Source of the DNA: Gemmata obscuriglobus
GTDB taxonomy: Bacteria; Planctomycetota; Planctomycetia; Gemmatales; Gemmataceae
DNA length: 32,000 nt
Direction of reading: 5' to 3'
Assembly: GCF_008065095.1 (NCBI RefSeq)
Contig: NZ_CP042911.1
Span: 1,290,001-1,322,000 of the forward strand
In this document: positions 1 through 7,803 of the stretch, one piece after another
Layout: the number at the start of each line of letters is the position of its first letter
How positions within the stretch are numbered: position 1 is the first letter of the stretch
Notes under the pieces: model-generated
Database searches by the model: none
Seen by the model: only the letters and a program-made list of their open reading frames with translations
Told to the model about the DNA's origin: nothing
Program-made: the position numbers and the translations under genes

Positions 1-482
1 AGGGCCTTCCGCCGGACCCGCTGCTGGGGCCGCGGACAATCGCCGTCGGGCGGGTCGGCGGCGGGGTGTCGCCCAACACCGTGCCCGACTTCTGCCGCGC
101 CGACGTGGACCGCCGGCTGCTGCCGGGCGAGACCCCGGAGGGCGCCGGTGCGGCACTCGAAGCCTTCCTGAAGGCGTTCCCGGGTGTGGACTTCCCGTTC
201 GCCCTCGTGCGCAACTCGGCGGGGTGCCTGCCGCTCGGCCCGGTGCTGTCCGGCGACCTCGTGAAGCGGTTCGGCGCAACCATCGACGCCGTGACCGGCG
301 GGCACGAGGTGCGCGGCGTCCCGTTCGGCACCGACGCCGCGACCATCGCCGCCGCGGGCGTCCCGGCGGTCATCTTCGGCCCGGGCGACATCGCTCAGGC
401 CCACACGAAGGACGAGTGGATCGATTTGAGCCAGTTGGAACCGGCCGCCGAGATCCTGTTCCGCTTCGCGTGCGGAAAATGA
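1..482 (+). CDS. M20 family metallopeptidase/deacylase (ArgE/DapE-like), C-terminal part; 5' end lies outside the window
   Basis: Frame is open from base 3 to TGA 480-482. Upstream of the listed GTG the same frame reads GLPPDPLLGPRTIAVGRVGGG. Motifs GGVSPNTVPDFCRADVDRRLLPGE and GTDAATIAAAGVPAVIFGPGDIAQAHTKDEWIDL are typical of ArgE/DapE-type M20 enzymes. Confidence 0.8.
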   Translation, partial: GLPPDPLLGPRTIAVGRVGGGVSPNTVPDFCRADVDRRLLPGETPEGAGAALEAFLKAFPGVDFPFALVRNSAGCLPLGPVLSGDLVKRFGATIDAVTGGHEVRGVPFGTDAATIAAAGVPAVIFGPGDIAQAHTKDEWIDLSQLEPAAEILFRFACGK

Positions 483-591
483 CGGCCCGCGGGCCTCGCA
501 GAAGTGCAGAACTCTTTCCGTTTTGCGCCGGCGCGCGCTACATTAGTTCAAACGGTCCGCAATCGCACACACACTCTCACCGGGGAACGTC

Positions 592-762
592 ATGAGCATC
601 GTTCGCATGGGTATGTCCGAAGACAGCAAGTTCGCGGAAGGGTACGACGCGATCTTCGGCAAGAAGACGGCCAAGAAGTCGGCCGCCAAGAAGCCGGCGC
701 CCGCCGCCAAGAAGCCGGCGCCCGCCGCCAAGAAGCCGGCGCCCGCCACCAAGAAGAAGTGA
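592..762 (+). CDS. Small (56 aa) lysine/alanine/proline-rich protein with AAKKPAP repeats; below the ORF-track size cutoff
   Basis: ATG 592 to TGA 760-762 translates to MSIVRMGMSEDSKFAEGYDAIFGKKTAKKSAAKKPAPAAKKPAPAAKKPAPATKKK. Third codon positions are mostly G/C. A weak purine patch GGGGAA lies 6 nt upstream. No homology was checked. Confidence 0.45.
   Translation: MSIVRMGMSEDSKFAEGYDAIFGKKTAKKSAAKKPAPAAKKPAPAAKKPAPATKKK
682..744 (+). repeat. Perfect 3 x 21-bp tandem repeat (gccgccaagaagccggcgccc)
   Basis: Three identical units at 682-702, 703-723 and 724-744, followed by a partial, diverged unit. The repeat is in frame and encodes AAKKPAP x3. Confidence 0.95.
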
Positions 763-1019
763 GCCGGGTCGGTGGGGCGACGACTCACCGCTCCCGCTGT
801 TGGCACCACGAATCACCGCCCCGATGGGGCACAAACTCGCGTCCACTTCTGCCGCACAGGGCGCACGCCCTGCGCGACGACAAACGAACCGGACCGCCGC
901 TCTTAACGCCTCTCCGGCGCCCCGGTCCTTCACCTCCGGCGCCCGAGGGGGCGGACCCGTCCTGCGGGCGCCGGAAGCGTATCGGTTCCAATAGCCCCAG
1001 TCCAGTGGCGGAGGGCCGG

Positions 1020-1622
1020 GTGGCAAAGGTGAACGTTGCCGAGTGCTGGTCGCAGATCGAACAGTGGCTGGCCGCGAACGTGCCGGCGGCCGTTCCGATG
1101 TTGCCGCCCGGCGCGTCCGCGGCGGCGTTCGCCCGAGCCGAGGAGGTTCTCGGTTACGCGCTCCCACAGGAGGTGAAGGAGTTCCTGGCGATCCACGACG
1201 GGAGCGCCAACCTGTGGCTGCACGACCGCGGCGAGTTCATGTCCCTGGACGACATCCTGACCGCCTGGGACCAGGAGTTCGACCTGTGGGGCGACGGCAG
1301 CAACGACGAGTGGGCCAACCCACAGGGGCCGATCAAGAAGAAGTGGTTCACACGCAAGTGGCTGCCGATCCTCGACGCCCGGACCGGTGACCACGTTTGC
1401 GTCGATCTGGACCCTCCCAAGGGCGGCAAGAGGGGGCAGCTTATCGCCTGGTATCACGACGGCGGTCCGACCGAGGTCCTCGCCCTAAGCTTCGGCGCAC
1501 TGCTCGCCGGATTCGTGGCGGAGCTGGCGGCCGGGCGGTACACGCCCCGGCTCGATCAGACCGGGCAACCGTACCTGGAGTACGCCGCCGATGCCGAACC
1601 CGGCGCGGCGCCGGCCCCGTGA
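1020..1622 (+). CDS. SMI1/KNR4 (SUKH-1) family protein
   Basis: The C-terminal 200 aa of ORF 504..1622 read WSQIEQWLAANVP...LPQEVKEFLAIHDG...WLPILDARTGDHVCVDLDP...GQLIAWYHD, the SMI1/KNR4 pattern. GTG 1020 lies 5 nt after GGAGG (1010-1014); GTG 1029 is an alternative start. The upstream part of the ORF is Arg/Gly-rich junk. Confidence 0.8.
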   Translation: MAKVNVAECWSQIEQWLAANVPAAVPMLPPGASAAAFARAEEVLGYALPQEVKEFLAIHDGSANLWLHDRGEFMSLDDILTAWDQEFDLWGDGSNDEWANPQGPIKKKWFTRKWLPILDARTGDHVCVDLDPPKGGKRGQLIAWYHDGGPTEVLALSFGALLAGFVAELAAGRYTPRLDQTGQPYLEYAADAEPGAAPAP

Positions 1623-1735
1623 TCTGTTTCCCGCTGCGAACTGGCTTGCGGTTGCAGCGCAGCTTTTGCTCGCCGATCAGGTGAGCTTGTTCGTTCGGTC
1701 ACAGAAAGGTAATCGGGGTTACAAGGAGGTGCCTG

Positions 1736-2203
1736 ATGATAGCAGCCGTCGCTCTCCTGTCGCTGGTCGGCGGTATTGACCCCGGCCCAAAGACGTGGCC
1801 ACTCCAAGCGGACGTGGCGAAGCCTGTCGTCGTCCCCCTCATTCGTGCCGACGCCGAGAGAGTTGCCGCACGGCTGCGCGCGCGGTTCGGGGTGAAAGTC
1901 GTCGCCGATAAGGCGTCGAACACCGTCTTCGTGTGGGCGAACGCCGGGCATGTCGAGAGAGTGAGGGCTCTCCTCGCGGGGCTCGACACGCCTCAGTACA
2001 ACTACATCGTGTGCTTACAGAGCGCGGACCCGATCACGACGGCAAGGGTCGCGCGTGCGGTGTCGGCGGTTCTCGCATTTCTGCGCGACGAACCGGAGGT
2101 GTTCCTGGTCCCGTTGGAGCGAAACCGGACCATCTTCTTCACAGCAACTGACGCTCAGGCCACGTGCGTGAGCTGGTTGGTCCGGCAACTTGATCGCCGT
2201 TAA
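1736..2203 (+). CDS. Hypothetical exported protein with two secretin-N (GspD N-domain/NolW-like) repeats and no secretin barrel
   Basis: ATG 1736 is preceded by AGGAGG (1724-1729). The N-terminus is hydrophobic (MIAAVALLSLVGG). Two segments fit the secretin N-domain pattern: VVVPLIRADAERVAARLRARFGVKVVADKASNTVFVWANAGHVERVRALLAGLD and a second segment ending VSWLVRQLD. Confidence 0.6.
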   Translation: MIAAVALLSLVGGIDPGPKTWPLQADVAKPVVVPLIRADAERVAARLRARFGVKVVADKASNTVFVWANAGHVERVRALLAGLDTPQYNYIVCLQSADPITTARVARAVSAVLAFLRDEPEVFLVPLERNRTIFFTATDAQATCVSWLVRQLDRR

Positions 2204-2350
2204 TAGGCACGGCCCGCCGAACCCGCCGCGGCGTCAGGAACCGTCACGCGGCATTTGGCCGCGCCGTTGACTGCCTTGTGAGCTATTGATTGTTGTAATT
2301 TTCGCTGCGTGGAATCGTCCCTGCCTGCGCCAACAGGCGGGGCAACCTTC

Positions 2351-5300
2351 TCACTCCGGCTTCGGCTCTTCGGGTAGGGCGGGCAGCACTTTCGGGTCGG
2401 CCCCGCCCGTCACCTTGTCGGCGGGGTCGGGGAACACCACGGACTCCACCGCCAGGTCCGCGGGGCGGACCGTGGACAGCTCCTTCAGCCCGGCCGGGGC
2501 CGCAGCGAACTTCACCTTGCCCAACCGCACGCCGCGGGCCGACAGGGGCTCACCAACGTTGTTGGCCCAGTCATTCCAGCCCCACTCCTTCACGCTGCCG
2601 TCGGCCCCGGCGCGGATCTGCGCCACGACCGCCGCCGGGTCGAAGTTGGCGTAGCGGTTCGGCTTCGCGGGCACCCGCCACGACAGCACCGATTTCCAGT
2701 CGGTCGGCTCGACGCCTTCGATCTCGACGAGCGGCCGGCCCGCCCCTGGTACGTCCACGAACAGGCAGTTGTCGGTCTCCACCTCGAGCTTCGTGAGACT
2801 CGAACTCCGCATCAGATCGGTCGACTTCCCGCCGCGCAACTCGACCACCGGGCCGCCTGTCAGAGCCGTGACGCGGGTCAGCCGCGCGCTGCTGGTGCCG
2901 GTCCCGGTCCCGCCCTCGCCGCCCGCCTGGGCGAGCACCACCGGGCCGTCCAGCGCGGTCAGCGTGTCGGTCAACTCCAGGGTGAGCGGCCGGCTCACCT
3001 CGATCCACACGGCCCGGCCCCGGCCGCGGATCACGCAGCGCTCGAACACCACCTTCGGCACCGCCCGCGCCGTCGGCCCCATCTTCATCACCTTTTCGGG
3101 GTCCGGCAGGTGTACCGCGGTCGCCTTCGAGTCGTCCTCTTCGGCCAGCGTGAACGCGCACCGGCGGAAGGTGCAGCCCTTTCCGCCGATCACCGCGACC
3201 GCGGCCACCGTCTGGCCCTCCTTCGGTGTGAGCCGGAAGGTCAGGTCCTCGAACGTCACCTCGCCGGACTTCAGCTTGAAGAGGCTCTGGTCGCGGTCCA
3301 TGTCGCCCTGGATCACGAGCACCGGCGCGAACCCCTTCTTGGGTCGGAAGGTGACCCGCAGCTCCCCCCCGTTCGACTTGGTCGCGGTTTTGAGTTCCTC
3401 GTTGTCGACCCGTAGGTCGCCGGTGTGCTGGATGAGGATGACGTCGTCCGGGCGGGCCGCCCGCAGCAGCGCCCGCAGGTCGGTGAACTCGCCGGGCCGG
3501 AGGTCCTCGGGCTTCGCGTCCGGGTGCCACACCTTTTCGGTCACCTCGGCGGCGGACAGCGGCCGCGCCGGGGGCCAGATCTTGAGGTCCGGGTACGCCC
3601 GGTGTCGCCACGCGAGCAGGTCGTGCCGCTCGGCGTCGTTGAACGCCGCCCCGCGCGGCTCGGGGCGCCGCTTGTCGCTGGTGAACAGCGCCGGCTCGGC
3701 GCCGAAGCCGAGCTTGAACGCCGACCACGGGCTCGGGCCGGTCGTGAGCGCAGCGGGGTCCGGGTTCGCTTTGTCCCACGGGCGCTCGCGCAGTTCGACT
3801 TTCCCTTTGTCCTCGACCGACAGCCCCGTGACCCCGCGGCACTCGTCGAACGAGAGCGTTCGGTCCGCCCCGCGGACCGGGTTCACGGCGTAGAACGCGC
3901 TGGCCCGTCCGGCGGGCAGCACCAGTTGCACGCCCCGGAACGTCACCCCGCGCACCCGGATCACGGCACCGCGAACCGGTTGGTCCTCGAACACGCTCGT
4001 CGGGAAGAGGGACGGGCCGTACACCGGGGCGAACACGCAGTCCTCGGCCCGGACCGTCAGGTCCCCGGTCGCCTCCGTCGCGGCCCCGCCGGGGTTGAGC
4101 ATGAACGAGCACCGGTCGAACTGAGCCTCCGACCGGCCGCCCGCTTCGCCCGGGGCGTCGAACTGCACCACGGCGGTGTGCGGCGCGAACCCGCAGTCGG
4201 CGGCGGCGGCGGTCGAACCGGCCGGGAGCGTCAGGGCGACCGCGCCGGGGCCGAACAGGCACCGCGCGAGGGACACGCGCGGCGCGCGGCCGTCGGGGCT
4301 CCGGGTCACGCTCACGGTACTCGCGCCGCCCGCCTGCCCCGGGAACAGTTCGTCGGGGGCGCCGGGTGCGGACCGGAACACGCACTCGGTCAGCTCGACG
4401 CGCTCGGCGTCTTCGAGCCGCAGCCCGGCCCACGCCGCGCGCTCGCTGTCGGCGGGCCACTCGCGTGACGGGGCGGTGCAGACGACCCAGACCCCCCGCA
4501 CCGTGACCGTTTGTGCTTTGATCGAGAGCGCGCCGGGCGGGAGCATTAACCGGGGCCCCCGCCCCTGTCCGTCGGGCGTGCCGACCAGTTCGAGGCTCGT
4601 CCCCTGGAACGCAACCGGCTGTGCCAGTTTCGACAGATCGAAGCTGACCGGCGCGAGAACGACAACGACCTTGTCTGTGGCGGGTGCTGCGAGCCGCTTC
4701 TCCAGCTCCTCGACCGTGCGCACCACGCCGCCGGCCTCTGCGGCTGGCGCGAGCACCGGCCCGCCCTTGGTTCCGGCGACCGGTTCCGGCGCCTTTGCGG
4801 CGCTCTCCGGGGGGGGCTGGATGCCCGGGGCGCGCCCGGGGTCGGCGGTGGACACCACGAACGCCACGACGGCCGCCGCCACCGCCACCACCGCCAGCAC
4901 CCACCACGGGCGGATCGTCGGCACCCCGGGCAGCATCTGCTTGTCCGCCGGGACCGCCTGGGCCGCGGGGTCGTTGGCGACCGCGTCCGCGATGTTCAGT
5001 TGTTCGGCCAGCCCTTTCAAATGGGCGATCAGCTCGGTCGGGGTCTGGTACCGCGCGCTCGGGTCCTTCATGACCATGCGGGCCAGCACGGCGGCGAGTT
5101 CGTCGGGGATCCCGGGGTTCAGCTCGCGCGGGTCGAGGAAGTCGTCCTCCTGGTGCGCCCGGAGCTTCCGCGCCGCGGTGCCCTCGGGTACGGGCGGGCG
5201 CCCGGTGAGCGCGTGGTAGAAGGTGCAGCCCAGCGAGTAGATGTCGGACCGCACGTCGGCCCGGCGCGGGTCCAGGGCCTGCTCCGGCGAGATGTAGTCG

Positions 5301-6166
5301 AACGTGCCGAGCGTCACCCCGGACTGCGTGACGCCCCCGTTGCTCAGCTCGGACCCGAGGTACCGGGCCAGCCCCATGTCCACGATCTTCGCGCGGCCGT
5401 CCGGGGTGATGAGGATGTTCGACGGCTTGATGTCGCGGTGGACCACGCCGCGCTCGGCGGCGTGGTTCAGCCCGGCGGCGACCTGGATCATGTACCGGAC
5501 GCACTCGGCCTTCGGGAGCCGCCCGCGGCGGTCGATGAGCACCCGCAGGTTCTCGCCTTCGACGAACTCGAACGCGATGAAGTGCAGCCCCTGGTCCTCG
5601 CCGCAGAAGTACACCCGGGCGATGTTCTCGTGGTCGAGCTTGGCGGCCGAACGCGCCTCCTGCTTGAACCGGGTCACACTCTCGAGGTCGCGGGCGGCCT
5701 CCGGGGGCAGGATCTTCAGCGCGACGACGCGCCCGAGTTCGAGGTCGCGGGCCTTCAGCACCGCGGCCATGCCGCCCGCGCCGATGGCCTCGATCAGTTC
5801 GAAGTGCCCGAGCCGCCGGCCGGCGACGGACGGCGGCTCGCTGCCGGCGAGCGGCAGCGGGGGGGGCGGGGGCGTGAGCGGCGTCTTGTCCCCGTTCTTG
5901 GTGATGATGGTGGGGGCGTCGTCGGTGTTGGCGGCCCCGACCTGCGGCTGCGTGAGGAACTTCGCGATGTCGGACCCGGCGGACCGCGCGCGGACCGAGC
6001 TGCCGTTCAGGATCAGGTCGGACAGCGAGTTGTTCGGCTGGTGCGCGGACGTGGACCCGCCGCTGAGCGGAGGCACCTCGGCGCCCGGCCCCCCGGCCGA
6101 CGGCGGGACCGGCGCGGCGTGGTTCGCCGAGGACGGACGGCCGGGCGGTTCGGTCGGCGTTCCCAT
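2351..6166 (-). CDS. Membrane Ser/Thr protein kinase with a large (~830 aa) extracytoplasmic beta-helix-like domain
   Basis: Hanks kinase motifs are present: GAGGMAAV, VALK, HRDIKPSNILI, DMG (in place of DFG) and GTFDYISPE. One TM segment is WWVLAVVAVAAAVVAFVV. The ORF is open up to ATG 6271, but codons 6167-6271 are rich in A/T-ending codons (gct, cgt, ttt, cga, cct, aga, act), so ATG 6166 is preferred. Confidence 0.88.
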   Translation of the reverse strand: MGTPTEPPGRPSSANHAAPVPPSAGGPGAEVPPLSGGSTSAHQPNNSLSDLILNGSSVRARSAGSDIAKFLTQPQVGAANTDDAPTIITKNGDKTPLTPPPPPLPLAGSEPPSVAGRRLGHFELIEAIGAGGMAAVLKARDLELGRVVALKILPPEAARDLESVTRFKQEARSAAKLDHENIARVYFCGEDQGLHFIAFEFVEGENLRVLIDRRGRLPKAECVRYMIQVAAGLNHAAERGVVHRDIKPSNILITPDGRAKIVDMGLARYLGSELSNGGVTQSGVTLGTFDYISPEQALDPRRADVRSDIYSLGCTFYHALTGRPPVPEGTAARKLRAHQEDDFLDPRELNPGIPDELAAVLARMVMKDPSARYQTPTELIAHLKGLAEQLNIADAVANDPAAQAVPADKQMLPGVPTIRPWWVLAVVAVAAAVVAFVVSTADPGRAPGIQPPPESAAKAPEPVAGTKGGPVLAPAAEAGGVVRTVEELEKRLAAPATDKVVVVLAPVSFDLSKLAQPVAFQGTSLELVGTPDGQGRGPRLMLPPGALSIKAQTVTVRGVWVVCTAPSREWPADSERAAWAGLRLEDAERVELTECVFRSAPGAPDELFPGQAGGASTVSVTRSPDGRAPRVSLARCLFGPGAVALTLPAGSTAAAADCGFAPHTAVVQFDAPGEAGGRSEAQFDRCSFMLNPGGAATEATGDLTVRAEDCVFAPVYGPSLFPTSVFEDQPVRGAVIRVRGVTFRGVQLVLPAGRASAFYAVNPVRGADRTLSFDECRGVTGLSVEDKGKVELRERPWDKANPDPAALTTGPSPWSAFKLGFGAEPALFTSDKRRPEPRGAAFNDAERHDLLAWRHRAYPDLKIWPPARPLSAAEVTEKVWHPDAKPEDLRPGEFTDLRALLRAARPDDVILIQHTGDLRVDNEELKTATKSNGGELRVTFRPKKGFAPVLVIQGDMDRDQSLFKLKSGEVTFEDLTFRLTPKEGQTVAAVAVIGGKGCTFRRCAFTLAEEDDSKATAVHLPDPEKVMKMGPTARAVPKVVFERCVIRGRGRAVWIEVSRPLTLELTDTLTALDGPVVLAQAGGEGGTGTGTSSARLTRVTALTGGPVVELRGGKSTDLMRSSSLTKLEVETDNCLFVDVPGAGRPLVEIEGVEPTDWKSVLSWRVPAKPNRYANFDPAAVVAQIRAGADGSVKEWGWNDWANNVGEPLSARGVRLGKVKFAAAPAGLKELSTVRPADLAVESVVFPDPADKVTGGADPKVLPALPEEPKPE

Positions 6167-6476
6167 TTCGGTTCGCACCCCGTGCGGGCGGCGCCCGCGA
6201 GTTCTGTCGGCCGCCTCAAAGAAAGGGCATCGGCGGCACGTAAAACGCTCCCCGTTGTGGGAAGCCGGCATCCTGCGCCGCGCACGAGAACGGGCATCCG
6301 GCCCGCGCGTAAAGACGCGATCACTGATTAGTTGCCGTCACTATAGCTCACAGCCACCCGCAGTGTCAATTCGCACAATTCGCGGGAGCCGGGTGAAACA
6401 GCCAAGAGCTTCGGGCATTGTGCCACCGCGACGGGGCGACCGCAATGCCGGTGACTGCTCAAAATCGGAGCAAACC

Positions 6477-6947
6477 ATGAGCCGGCTTACTGCTCTTCTG
6501 CTCGCCTCTGCGACAGCTCATATGATTGGCGCCGGTGAGAAGAAAGACGACGGAGCGCTGAAACTCACTGCCGAGGAGTCCGCCCTTGTCGAAAAGACCA
6601 ACGCCGAACGCCACAAGGCGGACCGGAGCCCGCTGAAGCCGAACGCGAAACTGATGAACGCGGCCCGGAAGCACGCCGCCGACATGGCGGCTCAGGACAA
6701 GCTCGAACACGTTCTGGACGAGAAAAATCCAACGGACCGCGTTGAGGCGGCGGGCTACAAGCCGCAGTTCGTGGGCGAGAACATCGCGTGGAACGCCAAC
6801 GACGCGAACGGAGTTGTCGCCAAGTGGATGGACTCGCCCACACACCGCGACAACATTTTGCGCGCCGAGTACACCGAGATCGGGGTCGCGGTGGCGAAGA
6901 ACAAACGGGGCGAGCCGTACTGGGTGCAGGTGTTCGGCAAGCCGTGA
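6477..6947 (+). CDS. Secreted CAP/SCP (PR-1-like, YkwD-type) domain protein
   Basis: ATG 6477 has GGAG 7 nt upstream. The N-terminus looks like a signal peptide (MSRLTALLLASATA). CAP pattern: NAERHKA...LMNAARKHAADMA...GENIAWN...VAKWMDSPTHRDNIL...YTEIGVAVA...YWVQVFG. Confidence 0.85.
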   Translation: MSRLTALLLASATAHMIGAGEKKDDGALKLTAEESALVEKTNAERHKADRSPLKPNAKLMNAARKHAADMAAQDKLEHVLDEKNPTDRVEAAGYKPQFVGENIAWNANDANGVVAKWMDSPTHRDNILRAEYTEIGVAVAKNKRGEPYWVQVFGKP

Positions 6948-6977
6948 GAGCCGCCATTGTTCATTGGGGAGAGGTGC

Positions 6978-7658
6978 GTGTCCAAAACGATTGTCATCAC
7001 CGGGGCGACGCGGGGGCTGGGGCGGGCGCTGGTGGCCGCGTTCGTCGCCGGCGGGCACACGGTTGTCGGGTGCGGGCGCAGCGACGGCCACGTCCGCGCG
7101 CTCCGCACCGACTACCCCGGCCCGCATTCGTTCACGCAGGTGGACGTGACCGACGCGAACGCGGTGCTCGACTGGAGCGCGGCCGTGCTGGAGCGGTACG
7201 GCCCGCCGGACCTGCTCGTCAACAACGCGGCGCTGATGAACACCCCGGCCCCGCTGTGGGAGGTGCCGCCCGACGAGTTCCGCGCGCTGCTCGCCGTGAA
7301 CATCGAAGGGGTGTTCAACGTGGTCCGCGCGTTCGTGCCCGCGATGGCCGGGCGCCAGTCGGGCGTGGTCGTGAACCTCTCGAGCGGGTGGGGGCGGAGC
7401 ACGTCGCCGGAGGTGGCGCCGTACTGTGCCACGAAGTACGCGATCGAGGGGCTGACGCTCGCGCTCGCACAGGAACTGCCGAAGGGGATGGCCGCGGTGC
7501 CGCTGAACCCCGGGGTCATCGACACCGACATGCTGCGGCACGCGTGGGCGAGCGGCGCCGCCAGCTACCCCAAACCGGACGCGTGGGCGAAGCGCGCGGC
7601 GCCGTTCCTGCTGAACCTCGGCCCGAAGGACAACGGCCGCTCGTTGAGCGTGAGCTGA
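6978..7658 (+). CDS. SDR family oxidoreductase
   Basis: TGATRGLG cofactor motif, NNAA, and catalytic S...YCATK (YxxxK). GTG 6978 is preceded by GGGGAGAGG; the track start TTG 6957 is a less likely alternative. Confidence 0.9.
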   Translation: MSKTIVITGATRGLGRALVAAFVAGGHTVVGCGRSDGHVRALRTDYPGPHSFTQVDVTDANAVLDWSAAVLERYGPPDLLVNNAALMNTPAPLWEVPPDEFRALLAVNIEGVFNVVRAFVPAMAGRQSGVVVNLSSGWGRSTSPEVAPYCATKYAIEGLTLALAQELPKGMAAVPLNPGVIDTDMLRHAWASGAASYPKPDAWAKRAAPFLLNLGPKDNGRSLSVS

Positions 7659-7672
7659 AGAAGGAAGGGTTA

Positions 7673-7777
7673 GCCACAAAAAAGCACAAAGGGCACAAAA
7701 GAAAACCAGAGCAGAAGAGTTGAATTTGCTCTCTCGCTCTGGTCTTCTTTTTGTGCCTCTTGTGCTTTTTTGCAGCC
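7673..7777. repeat. Long-hairpin palindromic repeat element, degenerate copy 1
   Basis: The left arm GCCACAAAAAAGCACAAAGGGCACAAAAGAAAACCAGAGCAGAAGAG (7673-7719) pairs imperfectly with 7729-7777. Its first 29 nt are identical to the element at 21942-22062. It is intergenic, between the SDR gene and the next + strand gene. Confidence 0.85.
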
Positions 7778-7803
7778 ACTCCTGCCTTAACTCTGGTCTC
7801 GCC

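Noticed and set aside
484-495. GGCCCGCGGGCC palindrome after the M20 gene as an intrinsic terminator
   Set aside because: A 5-bp stem with a 2-nt loop is sterically implausible, and no U-tract follows.
504-1019. N-terminal 172 codons of ORF 504..1622
   Set aside because: The composition is Arg/Gly/Pro-rich junk, and it crosses the 21-bp repeat in a non-sensible frame (RRQEAGA x3). SMI1/KNR4 homology only begins near GTG 1020, which has a GGAGG upstream.
2571-6331. Very long alternative-frame ORFs overlapping the kinase gene (2571..5504 minus 977 aa, 2769..3893 plus, 3425..4468 plus, 4176..5219 plus, 5000..6331 plus, and the 5' part of 5304..6947)
   Set aside because: Their translations are Arg/Pro/Gly/Ala-rich low-complexity strings with no motifs. 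This is typical of off-frame or antisense ORFs in high-GC DNA. The kinase frame explains the region.
7660-7800. ORFs translating through the palindromic repeats (peptides such as ATKKHKGHKRKPEQKS and FLLCPLCFFVAN; also 21889..22194 and the N-terminal 55 codons of 20724..22076)
   Set aside because: The same DNA yields mirror-image peptides on both strands because it is a hairpin repeat. The true moeB-like start (ATG 21911) has its own RBS downstream of the element.
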